A stretch of 64,000 bases of DNA from Octopus vulgaris (Eukaryota), in NCBI GenBank assembly GCA_951406725.2, contig OX597815.1:6820001-6884000 (forward strand), read 5' to 3'. The notes beneath the pieces were generated by a model, which did no database searches, was not told where the DNA came from, and saw nothing but the letters and a program-made list of their open reading frames with translations. Of the stretch, positions 1-12,588 are shown piece by piece (position 1 is the first letter of the stretch; each line of letters starts with the position of its first letter). The translations under genes and the position numbers were made by a program.

Positions 1-319
1 ATCTAATCTGTTGTCGCAACATTAAGTCAATTTTTTTAATGGGGGTGAGATAACCAAAAGGTACGAAACAAACAAACAAAAACATGAATTCTTACAACTT
101 CAATAATTAAAAACAATACGGAACACTGAAGATAGAATTAGGTCAAGAGCTCTATCCGTCATTTCGTTAAATATCCGGACATCATCGCTTTCAATAGTTT
201 GAAGAGATGCTTGAAACGGAAGGGTTTTTGCCCAACGTACAGTTTAGGAGTTTGCAAAAGTGAAAGTAAGTTGATCGGAAGTGACAATTATGAAAATCCG
301 TTGATTTTATGAAAACAAA

Positions 320-690
320 TTATAGTGAATGGACAGGAACAACACTATCACTTACATACATGTATGTATATTTGTCGAACGCTTTACTGAAGTCAAGATA
401 TATGACATCAGAGTTCAAATCTGTTCCCAAGGCTTTAAGTATATCTTCAATGTGGTGTAAGAGCTGTGTTAGACAGTCCCTGCCACAGCGAAAGCCATGC
501 TGATTTGCATTTAGGAGTTTGTGAGTTTCCAGGAAGTCAGCTATCCTATTTCTTAACACTCTTTCAAACACTTCAGTGATGTGGGAGGTGAGTGAGATTG
601 GGCGATAGTTGACTGCGAGGGATCTGCTTCCCTGTTTGAAAACCGGGATGACAGACTGGGAGAGGAGCTGTTTCGGTATATAACCTGAGT
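320..690 (-). mobile_element. LINE (CR1-like) reverse-transcriptase fragment
   Basis: VIPVFKQG..NYRPISLTS..QHGFR..DVIYLDFSKAFD. Confidence 0.85.
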
Positions 691-916
691 CTAACGAATA
701 TATATATATATATATATACATACATGCATGCAATAAGAATATGAAAAATATTCTTATTACCTGCTTTGGCTCAGTTTCATGAATATGATGAATCCTTATT
801 AGAAATCTCCTTTTCCCTCTTTTTGGATCCTCCCAAAAGTTGGAATTGCTCTTTTTGAACCTACTCTTTCTCAAATATACATACATGCATATATATACAT
901 ACATACATATATATAC

Positions 917-1580
917 ATCATCATCATCATCATCATCATCATTTAGCGTCCGTTTTCCATGCTAGCATGGGTTGGACGGTTCAACTGGGGTCTGGGAGCC
1001 CGAAGGCTGCACCAGGCCAGTCAGATCTGGCAGTGTTTCTACAGCTGGATGCCCTTCCTAACGCCAACCACTCCGAGAGTGTAGTGGGTGATTTTATGTG
1101 CCACCGACACAGGTGCCAGACGAGGCTGGCGAACGGCCACGCTCGGATGGTGTTTTTATGTGCCACCGACACAGGTGCCAGACGAGGCTGGCAGACGGCC
1201 ACGCTCGGATGGTGTTTTTATGTGCCACCGACACAGGTGCCAGATGAGGCTGGCAGGTGCCAGACGAGGCTGGCAGACGGCCACGCTCGGATGGTGTTTT
1301 TATGTGCCACCGACACAGGTGCCAGATGAGGCTGGCGGACGGCCACGATCGGATGGTGTTTGTTACGTCCCCAAAGCACGGAGGCCAGTCTATGCGGTAC
1401 TGGCTACGGCCACGTTCGGATGATTTTCTTGTGTGCCACCGGCACTGGTACCACAAAGATACAAATTCCATTTATGTTCATCTATTTTGATTTGTTTTGA
1501 TTTGATTTGATTTTCACTTGCCTCAACAGGTCTTCACAAGTGTCACAAGAAGGAAGGTATGCACAGGTGGACTGTCTACG
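917..1580 (-). mobile_element. SINE family C with (GAT)n tail and internal repeats of about 62 bp. Many copies in both orientations (e.g. 3420-3915, 4254-4670, 29664-30062, 35573-36420, 55585-55950, 62095-62407)
   Basis: Conserved ctacagctggatgcccttcctaacgccaaccactcc core and catcat tail. Confidence 0.85.
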
Positions 1581-1616
1581 TCGCCGGGTCTCCGGATGGT
1601 GTCTTTATGTGCCACC

Positions 1617-1660
<44 letters not shown>

Positions 1661-1729
1661 GGAGTAAACACATAAATGTGAAACAAGGTGGAAAAAAGAG
1701 TACTCAAATACCAGTGGTAGAGTAATATG

Positions 1730-2172
1730 CTTTATTTTAAGCAGCAGAAAAATCAACAAAATCTGTTACTCTGAGTTTCTCGTTGCCGTTCATCAGACAG
1801 TTTTTGCTAGAATGGAACATATATATTAATTCAATCTATACTCTTACAAACGCTACACCTTTAAAAAGAAATGGACTTGTTTGATTGGCCCTTTAGAAAA
1901 ACGGTCAATCTTCGAGCGATAAACAAAAAGGTCAAAAATATATGTATATATATATACATATATTTTTGACCTTTTTGTTTATCGCTCGAAGATTGACCGT
2001 TTTTTCTAAAGGGCCAATCAAACAAGTCCATTTCTTTTTAAAGGTGTAGCGTTTGTAAGAGTATAGATTGAATTAATATATATGTTCCATTCTAGCAAAA
2101 ACTGTCTGATGAACGGCAACGAGAAACTCTGAGTAACAGATTTTGTTGATTTTTCTGCTGCTTAAAATAAAG
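1730..2172. repeat. Near-perfect palindrome (fold-back) of about 440 bp with a hammerhead in each arm
   Basis: Arms are reverse complements around a (TA)n centre at about 1950. Confidence 0.9.
2097..2144 (+). ncRNA. Minimal type I hammerhead ribozyme motif
   Basis: aaaactgt-CTGATGA-a[cg gcaa cg]a-GAAA-ctc t gag-TA-acagatttt. A mirror copy lies on the - strand at 1758-1805. Confidence 0.7.
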
Positions 2173-2607
2173 TATATATATATATATATACATATATATA
2201 TTTATATACATATATATATATAAATATATATATATATGCACACGCACATACGTACACACACACGTCTGTCTTTGTGTCTGTTTTCCATCTCCGCTTGACA
2301 ACCAGCGTTGGTTTGTTTACATCCCGTAAGTTAGCGATTTGGCAAAAGAGACCGATGGAATAAGTATCAGTCTTTTAAAAAAAAGTACTGGGGTTGATTC
2401 ATTGGACTAAAATTCCTCAAGGTGGTGCCCCAGCATGGTCGCTGTCAAATGACTTAAACAACTAGAAGATAAAAGATGTCAATGTATCAGCTATAATACA
2501 GCGACACACAAAACACCGAATTGTCTTCTCAATGCTGTTGTTTGTTGCTGGGAATAGTAAAGCTGGAACGGTGTATGTCAGCTACTATTTCTGAAATGCC
2601 CGAGATA

Positions 2608-3128
2608 CTGTAAATCCTCGAGTATAGTCCGCCCTCGAGTATAATACGCAGTGGATTTTTAGGGGGCTTTACCTCTGAAAAACCTAAACCTTGTGTATAA
2701 TATGCACCCCTTCTCTAACTTGAGTTGTGCGTAATTAAGCCAGCAGCACCTGGTCGAACAAACATTTCCGTGCATGCGTAATACAATAATGGTGATGTTC
2801 TTAACTGTTATATGGGAATGTAAATATGTTTGCAAATTGGTTTGTTAGATGTTTTTCTGCGTTCTGAATACTTTTATTTAAACAAATGTTGCTTACTGCA
2901 AGTTATGGATGATTCTTTTATGACTTCATTGCTTTCAGGCTTAGCTTAAGGTATTTTCGCGCCCGACATCACAAAATGCGTCTGAATAAACATTGCTGGA
3001 AAGCAAATAGAGACTCGGACATTGCTTAGAAAATATTTTTCATTTTTAACCTCGTATATAGTACGCAGTAGGGATTTTGACCTTTAAATTTTTGGAAAAA
3101 TATGCGGATTATACTCGAGGATTTACAG
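2608..3128. mobile_element. Tc1/mariner (Tc2/pogo-like) MITE
   Basis: TIR ctgtaaatcctcgagtata / tatactcgaggatttacag with TA TSD. Confidence 0.8.
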
Positions 3129-4972
3129 TACTTAAGCTACCACTAGAACACCCTATACAAGGAGATGTCCATAAATAAGGTATAACAAAGGGAAACTGTT
3201 TATAAAGCTAAGCGTTTCATTCGTTTAATGAGTTGTCACTATCGTCACTTCCAGTTAATGTATTTTCCTTTTGCTTAATATCAAAACTGCAGGTTAATTA
3301 GGTCACAGAGCGTATTGGCCGATGGTCAGACAGGACATAATGTTCAGATAGATACGATGGTCATTCAAATGAAGTCTAAAAACTTCTGTGACAATTTTCA
3401 GAAAATAAAATCAAATTTGCTGACGTGGCCGATGACAGCACCACCTGACTGGCACCTGTACCAGTGGAACGTTAAAAACACCATCCTAGCGTGATCGTTG
3501 CCAAGGCCGTTGACTGGCTCCCATGCCGGCGGCACATAAAAAGCATCATTCGAGCGTGAACGTTGCTAGCGTCGCCTTACTGGCACTTGTGCCAGTGGCA
3601 TGTGAAAAACAACATTCGAGCAAGGTCGTTGCCAGTGCTGCTGGACTGGCTCCTGTGCAGATGGCACATAAAAAACACAATTTGAGCATGGCTGTCGCCA
3701 GTACCACCTGACTGGCCTTCATGCTGGTGGCACATAAAAGCACCCACTACACTTTCGGAGTGGTTGGCGTTAGGAAAGGCATCCAGCTGTAGAAACTCCG
3801 CCAGATCAGATTGGAGCCTGGTGCAGCCATCTGGCTTGCCAGTCCTCAGTCAAACTGTCCAACCCATACCAGTATGGAAAAAGGACGTTAAACGATGATG
3901 ATGATGATGATGATGGTGTTGGTGGTGGAGGTGGTGGTGGTGGTGGTGGTACTTTTTCTGTTACAAAACCTTTCCTTGTTGGCAAAAGCATGTATGAAAG
4001 GTTTAAGAGTTGTTTTACTTTGCACAACACTAAATTGACGTGTGAAACTCTCAGTGCTTACACAGAGGATGATGTTATCTAAAAGCAGTGAGCAAAATTA
4101 CTGATGAAAGTAGCCTATACACCAGAACTGGTGCACAAGGTTGATCACACTGGATTCTTCTGGAAGTTTATGATTGTTAGATAAACCAGAGCCCAACTTT
4201 AAAGCTTCTAGCAAACGCCCAACACTTCTAAGAGGAAATGCTGCTGTAGTGATCATCATCATCATCATCATCATCGTTTAACGTCCGTTCTCCATGCTAG
4301 CATGGGTTGGATGGTTCGACCGGGGATTTGGGAAGCCAGAAGGCTGCACCAGGCTCCAGTCTGATCTGGCAGTATTTCTACAGCTGGATGCCCTTCCTAA
4401 TGCCAACCACTCCGTGAGTGTAGTGGGTGCTTTTTACGTGCCATCTGCACAGGTGCCAGGCGAGGCTGGCATCGGCCACGGTCGGATTGGTGCATTTTAC
4501 GTGCCACCGGCACGGAAGCCAGTCGAGGCGGCACTGGCTTCGGCCACGATTCGGACGGTGCTTTTTACGTGCCACCGGCACGGAAGCCAGTCGAGGCGGC
4601 ACTGGCATCGGCCATGATTCGGATAGTGCTTTTTACGTACCACCAGTCCAGGGGTCCTGGCATCTGCCGGATGCCAGTCATAAGATTGGTTCAATTTCGA
4701 TTCCGATTTCGTGCCTGTCGTCGGATGAGGTTCGATATCGACTTCGCTTGCTTCAACAGGTCTTTGTGTGTTGATATAAAATTAAAGTCCTTACTTGTGC
4801 ATTACTCTCCAAATCTAAAGGTTTTCAAGGATTAGCCAATTTATCTGTGAATCAGCATTCAATTACAACATTTGGATGACTTCCAGCCTTTTTCAAGACT
4901 GGTTTACGAACCATTTTTTGTGTTTGCTCTTCTGTAGAGAGGTATTACACCAGGCAGAAACTCTCCAACATA

Positions 4973-5755
4973 AAGGCGGCGAGCTGGCAGAAGTGTTAGC
5001 ACTCCGAGCGAAATACTTAGCAGTATTTCGTCTACTGTTACGTTCTGAGTTCAAATTCCGCCGAGGTCGACATTGCCTTTTATCCTTTCGGGGTCGATTA
5101 AATAAGTACCAGTTACACACTGGGGTCGATATAATCGACTTAATCTGTTTATCTGTCCTTGTTTGTCCTCTCTGTGTTTAGCCCCTTGTGGGTAGTAAAG
5201 AAATAGGTATTTCGTCTGTCGTAACGTTCTTAGTTCAAATTCCGCCGAGGTTGACTTTGCCTTTCATCCTTTCGGGGTCGATAAATTAAGTACCAGTTAC
5301 GCACTGGGGGTCGATATAATCGAGTTAATCCATTTGTCTGTCCTTGTTTGTCCCCTCTGTATTTAGCCCCTTGTGGGTAGTAAAGAAATAGGTATTTCGT
5401 CTGTTGTTACGTTCTTAGTTCAAATTCCACTGAGGTCGACTTTGCCTTTCATCCTTTCGGGGTCGATAAATTAAGTACCAGTTACGCACTGGGGTCGATA
5501 TAATCAAGTTAATCCATTTGTCTGTCCTTGTTTGTCCCCTCTGTATTTAGCCCCTTGTGGGTAGTAAAGAAATAGGTATTTCGTCTGTCGTTACGTTCTG
5601 AGTTCAAATTCCACCGAGGTTGACTTTGCCTTTCATTCTTTTGGGGTCGATAAATTAAGTACCAGTTACGCATTGGGGTCGATGTAATTGACTTAATCCC
5701 TATGTCTGTCCTTGTTTGTCCCCTCTGAGTTTAGCTCCTTGTGGGCAATAAAGAA
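4973..5755 (+). mobile_element. SINE family B (Meta-domain-like) as a tandem array of about four units of about 185 bp. Other copies near 23538, 23770, 33090 (+), 40040, 47485, 47727, 50062 and 56253
   Basis: aggcggcgagctggcagaa..gttcaaattccgccgaggtcgactttgcctttcatcctttcggggtcgataaa. Confidence 0.85.
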
Positions 5756-6958
5756 AAAAGGAAAAAGAAACTTTCCAACAAAAGAGTAAAAGAGTAAAAG
5801 AGAGAGTAAAGAGTATTTATCGTTTTAGACAATTATGTAAGAGCGGAATATCTCCCCACCCCACAAAGTGATGCTGTGACAGGCAGATGAAAGCAATCTG
5901 GCTTTTATTAATAGTTTGGATTAATGGTGAAGTCTCCACCCGGCACTCTAATTGCGGAAGCCCTGAAGATCGCTAAGAATTCCACAAATTAATGGCCCAA
6001 AGAGAAAGGAAAAGGATGAATTTATGAATTCACTTATTTTACTTCTTTGTTAAGCTGCATCTAAACTTACTCTTTTACTTGTTTCAGTCATTTGACTTAT
6101 TCTATCGGTCTCTTTTTGCCGAACCGCTAAGTAACAGGGACATAAACACACCAGCATCATTTGTCAAGCGATGTTGGGGGGACAAACACAGACACACAAA
6201 CACACACACTTATATATATATATATATACATATATACGACGGGCTTCTTTCAGTTTCCGTCTACCAAATCCACTCACAAGGCTTTGGTCAGCCCAAGGCT
6301 ATAGTAGAAGACACTTGCCCAAGGTGTCACACAGTGAGACTGAACCCGGAACCATGTGGTTGATAAACAAGCTACTTACCACACAGCCACTCCTGCACCT
6401 ATTGTTAAACATCATGATAAAAGATGTGACAGGTAAAACTGTGGACATGGAAACAAATAACAAAGATTCCACAGGTCTGGTAAAGGTCTAGAAGGGTCAA
6501 GGGAACGTCATGAATGAGGAAGGTGCTAGGAAGCTTCAGTCTTGCAAGTGGAGGCAGTATTGGGGTGGGGTGATCTGGACAAGGTGAAATTAAAAGTGTC
6601 TGCAAGGACAAAAGAAAATCAAAAAGATTAGACCAGTTCAGGACAAGTACAAATAAGCAGGGCAAAAGATTTAGAAGAGAATTCACATTTAAAAATGAAA
6701 ACCTTAAAAAATCAAATACCCCAGGAAATTAAATAGCGGGGCCTATATTCTCCACAAAAGCAATGGGAATGCAAGAAAACACAGCCAAAGAACTCTTTGA
6801 CTCGAAGGGCATCATCAGTGAAGAGGACAGATGTCCAACAACCACCATCGCCACAAAAAAGCACAATTGTTCCCAGTTATGTTGGACAAGCTGCATGTTA
6901 CTGAATCAAAAGCTCACAGTAAACTCCAAGCAATATTTTTCTTTCAGTATGTAATTAT

Positions 6959-7460
6959 TGGAGGCACATAGCTTAGTGGTTAGGGTACTGGATTCATGAT
7001 TGTAAGATTGTGGTTTCGATTCCTGGACTGGTCAGCGTGTTGCATTCTTGAGCAAAACACTTCATCTCACATTACTCCAGTCCACTCAGCTGGGAAAAAT
7101 GAGTGATCCTGCGACAGACCGGCATCCCGTCCAAGTGGGGAATTTCTACATCACTGAAACTGGGAAACCGGCACTTATGAGCCTGGCAGGGATCAAGAAG
7201 GAACATTTAGTGGAGGCTTGTGGCATAGTGGTTAGGGTGTCAGCATCATGATAGTAAGATTGTGGTTTCGATTCCTGGACCGGGTGACGTGTTGTGTTCA
7301 TGAGCAAAACACTTCATTTCACGTTGCTCCAGTTCACTCAGCTGGCAAAAATGAGTAACGCTGCGATGGACTGGCATCCCGTCCAGGTGGGGAATATATA
7401 CGCCATTGAGACTAGGGAACCGGCCCCCATGAGTCTATATGACTCGGAAAGGAACTTTAC
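6959..7460 (+). mobile_element. Two tandem tRNA-derived SINEs (CORE/V-domain-like)
   Basis: A/B boxes tagtggttagg..ttcgattcc; ctgcgatggactggcatcccgtccagg. Confidence 0.7.
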
Positions 7461-7718
7461 TACTTTTATGTAATTATTGCCATTGTTATTTGTAAAAGAC
7501 CAACGCAGTTTCACTTCATGTTTAATATAAAATCTGTTGAATGATCGCGGATGTTGTTCACTTACTTCCACACACAACCAAGAGACATATTCTCATTCAT
7601 CAACCAACCACCACCACTACCACCACAGACCAGCCCAATAACCTTCAGACCGCGACAGGACCTACTGTCTGAATCTTTCGTTGACTAAGAAGTCTGTGGA
7701 GACAGAAAGATTTAAGAA

Positions 7719-8745
7719 TGTAGCGTATCTGATATCCTCACTGTTTGAGAATGATCTCGTTTGAGATTACAGCCATCTTTGGCTAGTTTGACCCTGTTGT
7801 GTCCACTGCTCTGATTGGTTGGCATCTAGCGTGGTCTGTCTCCCGACTTATTTCGCGCCAGTGTGTAAGTCAACCAATCACGGCCTTTAGATAAGGTCTC
7901 ATGACACTGTGTTTCAGATGCCCTTCTTTGAGCCATTTTAACCATTTAAAAAGGCCAGCTTTCATTATTTTCCATCTTTCGACTTAAGACCTTTTAAGGT
8001 CTAGTCACTGACCACAGAGCTACTCAGCCATGTTCCAGTTCCAGCGACAGACGACCAGCTTACCAGCCATGCTCCTGCTTCAGCTATGACAACAGGACGT
8101 TCTCCATCTCCGCCGCCATCATCACCATCATCGTCCTTCAGCTCTATGTCGTCTCCATCTCCGTCGACTTCAACAACATGTACACATCAACACCAACCAG
8201 GTTTAACTCACGCTGTTTGTGTGAATCTTTCACCGAGAAGAAACAGTCAGTCTATCTGAAAGAACTATCGATATCAAGAGACTTGGCACGGCATGATAGC
8301 CACAACTTCTACATGGGTAGTAACCGGCTCTGCCATGTGACCCTCAACATCTTGTTATAGAACTTACTATTGTGTACCTCATGAACTGGTAAACTAACTC
8401 TATCTTTACTCAATATGCTGAGACTTATCTTATGCTCTGTATTTCTGTTATATGCATTCACCTTATTTGTATCTGTCGCACACACAAACACATAGACACA
8501 AACACTTGTCACACGCATGCACACTCTCACATATGCTAGCACTCACATGCTTTCATTTTGTACACGTTGTAAATAAAGTCTTCTCTCTCAAACAGTAGAA
8601 CGGTTTGTTGTCCTTCATTTATTCCTTTGGCACTGTATTCTATATCATGTATACGGCATTCTTATTTTTGTTAGGGACGACCGTGCAGCGTTCAAAAGGG
8701 GACCTTTTGTCACCAACTCCTTACGTACCATCATCTAACCCTACA
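7719..8745 (+). mobile_element. Solo LTR (Gypsy-like)
   Basis: TGTAG...CTACA termini, 4-bp TSD AGAA/AGAA, AATAAA at about 8572. Confidence 0.75.
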
Positions 8746-9359
8746 AGAATTTGGAGAGGTTAAGACAACTCTGAGAATGGTTGACAGGATCACGATCAGT
8801 CGATCTGTTTGGCAAGATAATCAGTGAGTGTGCATATATGGTAGTGAGTCAGGTTGGTTGGTTGGTTGGGAGGGGAAGAATTTTGGAAGAGTTTTATGTT
8901 TATGTTTGTTGATTGGAAGCGAAACACACAACAGAAGCAACCTCTTCAGCAGCAGGTCTGTTACTTACAGAGCCATCTTCATTGGGAAGTGGTAGGCAGG
9001 AAATTCTGCAAAGTTAGTAGAGATCCTCTTGGCAATGATGCAGAAAAACAAGCTGCAATTTAGGATGTGTGAGTGTGTGTATGAGAGAGAGAGAAAGAGA
9101 GAGACAGACAGAGAGAAAGCTTAGTCTGTATGATACATGAAATCATTGCTGTTTTATTGATGGTTGTTTTGGATGCCATGAAGTTGGTAAATGCTTCTGG
9201 CCTTTAAGAATGAGCCGTTTTGAATAATCCTGTTACTTTCCATCCTGGATCCTGTCCATTCTACACAGCTGAAATTAAAAGAAATTGAATTCACTCTGGC
9301 GAGTCTGTTCTCTTAAGGAAGATCGTGATGTTTAGCCTTAGGTCAGCCCTGAACAAGTA

Positions 9360-9940
9360 GAACAAATACTATGCCTACGCAGACTCACTGAAGAATCAAA
9401 AGCATTTAATCACAATCTTGCAATGGTGTTTGTAGGCTTTTCTAAAGCGTTCGACTCTGTAGATAGGTACAAGATGTTTGAAATCCTTAAGCTCTATGGG
9501 ATTCCAGACAAAATCATCTCTGCCATCAAGGTCCTCTACACAGATACGTCTTCAACCATCTTAACACTTGATGGGGAAACATCATCTTTCTCAATCAAAG
9601 CCGGAATACTGCAGGGAGACACACTCACCCCATTTCTCTTCATCATTGTCGTTGACTATGTGCTACATATGTCAGTTGATACCATTTCTGGCAAGGGCTT
9701 TGAAATAAAGCCTAGAAGAAGTTCCAGACACCCAGCTGAGTACTTGACAGACACTGACTTTGCTGACGGCATCGCTCTTATCAATGATTCTCTCTCCAAT
9801 GCCCAGTCTCTTTTACAAGCCTCAAATTGGGTAGGTCTTTACCTCAATGAGTCCAAGACTGAATATGTAAACAAGTGCCTGTCCAACAGTGATTGCATCA
9901 TCCATTCTCTCAACAATACGCTCTTAAATAAAACAGATAA
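9360..9940 (+). mobile_element. LINE (RTE-like) reverse-transcriptase fragment
   Basis: FSKAFDSVDR..GILQGDTLTPFLF..DFADGIAL. Confidence 0.85.
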
Positions 9941-9984
9941 ACCATCAGATGATCCGTCACCAAACCTCGTATTTTATGATGATA

Positions 9985-10700
9985 CTAGATGTACCTGCCA
10001 TGACCCGTTGGATCACAACCACTCCAAGTTGAAATTGTCGATGTGCAGCAGGAAAGGAAACAAAACACTACTTCGAACTTTATGCAATAAAATTCTTTGC
10101 TGTGACACCATAAACATGACCAAGTGCTTCTTCGTTGAAAATGTTCAAATAGCCTTCAACTTTTTTCCTCGCTTTCTTCTTTGCCATTCTTTGTTGCTGC
10201 TGTTCCAAGTGAAATACACAGGTACTTCAGCATAAAGTAATGTCTTTGCAAAGTCATTATTGATGCACAATGAAAAGAATTCTGTCAATGTTGTTCTCAT
10301 CTGTTGTTCATTGACAGCCATATATATCCCCATAATTTCTGAGCAATAATCTTTATTCGTCTGGAAGATGAACTTGTAGTCTCACTATTGCAGGTGCTCT
10401 TTGATGAATTGAAAATCCTAAAATGGATGTAACTGCTTCGAATGGTCCAGTATACCTAGCCATTAGATACTGACTAATTTGGTTATCGTTGTTTATTTGA
10501 ACAGCTGCTTGGTCATTTCCTTTCAGTGTGTACTTGATGGCATACTTAACTGACCTCACTGAGGCAATGATTTCAATGTTGCAGTGGCATTTGAATGCTC
10601 TTAAAAGAGTTTCTTTATAAGGTGCAACCCATTTGTTGTTTGTTTTTCCAATCTTATGAGATTCAACTCCCTCCATTGCAACTGGTTGTCGTCTATAAAG
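9985..10700 (-). mobile_element. Decayed Helitron Rep/helicase fragment with 3' terminus
   Basis: HCNIEIIASVRSVKYAIKYTLKG..ARY..EA..ILGFSIHQRAPAIVRLQVHLP and TTLTEFF..LLYAEVPVYFTW. 3' hairpin tgatccaacgggtca followed by CTAG at 9985. Confidence 0.85.
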
Positions 10701-10816
10701 AGAGTCTCTCTGTCTGTGTTTCTGCTTTTTGATTAAGATAATGAAGATTAATATTTTGGAGATGTACTTGCATAGCAAGTGATTTGATCTGAGATCGTGT
10801 GCTGAAACGAAAACAA

Positions 10817-11056
10817 TTGCAGCGTGGAAGAAACATACAAAAGCCGTTCGATTCACTCAACATTTAAGTTTAATTTGTCAAAAATATTTTCGTCGCTAAA
10901 ATCTGCGACCTGTTCAGCACAGATTTTTGTCAGTGAACAGGTCGCGGATTTTTGCGCCGAAAATATTTTGACAAATTAAACTTAAATGTTGAAGTGAATC
11001 GAACGGCTTTTGTGTGTTTCTTAAATGGCTTACAAACACCTTCCACGCTGCAATTG
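10817..11056. repeat. Fold-back repeat; same family at about 62634-62882
   Basis: ttgcagcgtggaag...aacatttaagtttaatttgtcaaaaatatttt is mirrored on the other arm. Confidence 0.8.
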
Positions 11057-11760
11057 ATTAATATTTTATTTTAAATAAAATAGTAATTTTCCCTTTTAAG
11101 AAAAAAAAAATCAAGTACCCATGATTTAAAAATATAAAAATATAGGGAGAATTTTTCTTTCAAGTCCACAGCTCTCCAAATGATTGAGGAAAGAAATAAA
11201 GGACAGACAGCAGTAGCTGACATGACCCTTCAAAGTGTCGACATTTTCAGCTTGATTTTTTCTTATTCTTAAAGAGGGAAAATGACTATTTCATTCGTAA
11301 TCTTTAACATCTTAATCAAATGGCAGGAAAACAAACTTTGAGTTTTAGCATGATATAGATAGAAGATAAATGGAGTGTCTTGGACTACATTATTCAATGA
11401 ATTTGAGAAAGGTTTGATTGCTTTTTCTAGCGGCTAGAGCAATCATGTTGATGTCCTCTTTTTTATACGTCCTTGAGAGGATCTTTTTATCTGTCCCCAA
11501 TCTATTTCTTGTTTTCTGACGGACATAAATGAGAAAATTGTAGCCAAATTCTTTCAAATCACACAGGCAGAACTGTTAGCACGTCGGACAAAATACTTAG
11601 TAGTATTTTGTCCGTTTTTACATTCTGAGTTCAAATACTACCGAGGTCGACTTTGCCTTTGAGAGTCGATAACCAGTTGAGTACTGGAGTTGATGTAATC
11701 TTCCCCGAAATTGGTGACCTTCTACCAAAATTTGGAACACATTGGACAGTGCAGTTTACT

Positions 11761-12170
11761 CTTTACTCTTTTACTCTTTTACTTGTTTCAGTCATTTGAC
11801 TGCGGCCATGCTGGAGCACCGCCTTTATTTGAGCAAATCGACCACGGGACTTATTCTTTGTAAGCCCAGTACTTATTCTATCGGTCTCTTTTTGCCGAAC
11901 CGCTAAGTGACGGGGACGTAAACACACCAGCATCGGTTGTCAAGCAATGCTAGGGGGACAAACACAGACACACAAACATACATATATATATATATATACA
12001 CATATACGACAGGCTTCTTTCAGTTTCTGTCTACCAAATCCACTCACAAGGCATTGGTCGGCCCAGGGCTATAGCAGAAGGCACTTGCCCAAGATGCCAC
12101 GCAGTGGGACTGAACCCGGAACCATGTGGTTGGTTAGCAAGCTACTTACCACACAGCCACTCCTGCGCCT
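11761..12170 (-). mobile_element. Young tRNA-derived SINE (family A). Other copies start at about 6069, 12607 (truncated), 24711, 28034, 28499, 31727, 38676, 40629, 42390, 43317, 50980, 57993 and 60641
   Basis: Head aggcgcaggagtggctgtgtggtaag..ggttcagtccc, internal (TA/TG)n, tail (gagtaaaa)n; copies are near-identical. Confidence 0.9.
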
Positions 12171-12191
12171 ATTTGGGATAAAATTAATAAA

Positions 12192-12588
12192 TCTCTCTCT
12201 ATATAAAGCTGAAGTTGTCTGTGTATGGCAGGTTCGGTAGCCTTCAACTAATACTATCTTCTCCGAGACCCTGCAGCACAAGTTGACCAAAATGGAGAGT
12301 ATGATAGAAGAAGGCTTGCTCTTCCTTCTGTAGAAGATAAAATTCAAATCGGACCATGTTAACACCAAAAATTATTTACATCAAAAAGGTGCTTTTTTTT
12401 TTCTATGAAAATCCTTATTTTTTTACGATTTTTTGACTGCTGTGTCGCCATTTTTCGGTGTATTTCAACCAGAAAAATGTTCACTTAAGGAGAATAACAA
12501 GCTACATAATGCAAAATGTTTACTTTTCAAAAATTTCCAATTCTAAAGGGTCGAAACAAACCCGAGCAACGCCGGGCGATACTGCTAG
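12192..12588 (+). mobile_element. Non-autonomous Helitron
   Basis: 5' TC, subterminal hairpin cccgagcaacgccggg, 3' CTAG, inserted between A and T. Confidence 0.85.

Noticed and set aside
11947-12240. Recurrent MLGGQTQTH...RQASFSFRLPNPLTR ORFs
   Set aside because: Antisense reading frames of family A SINE copies.
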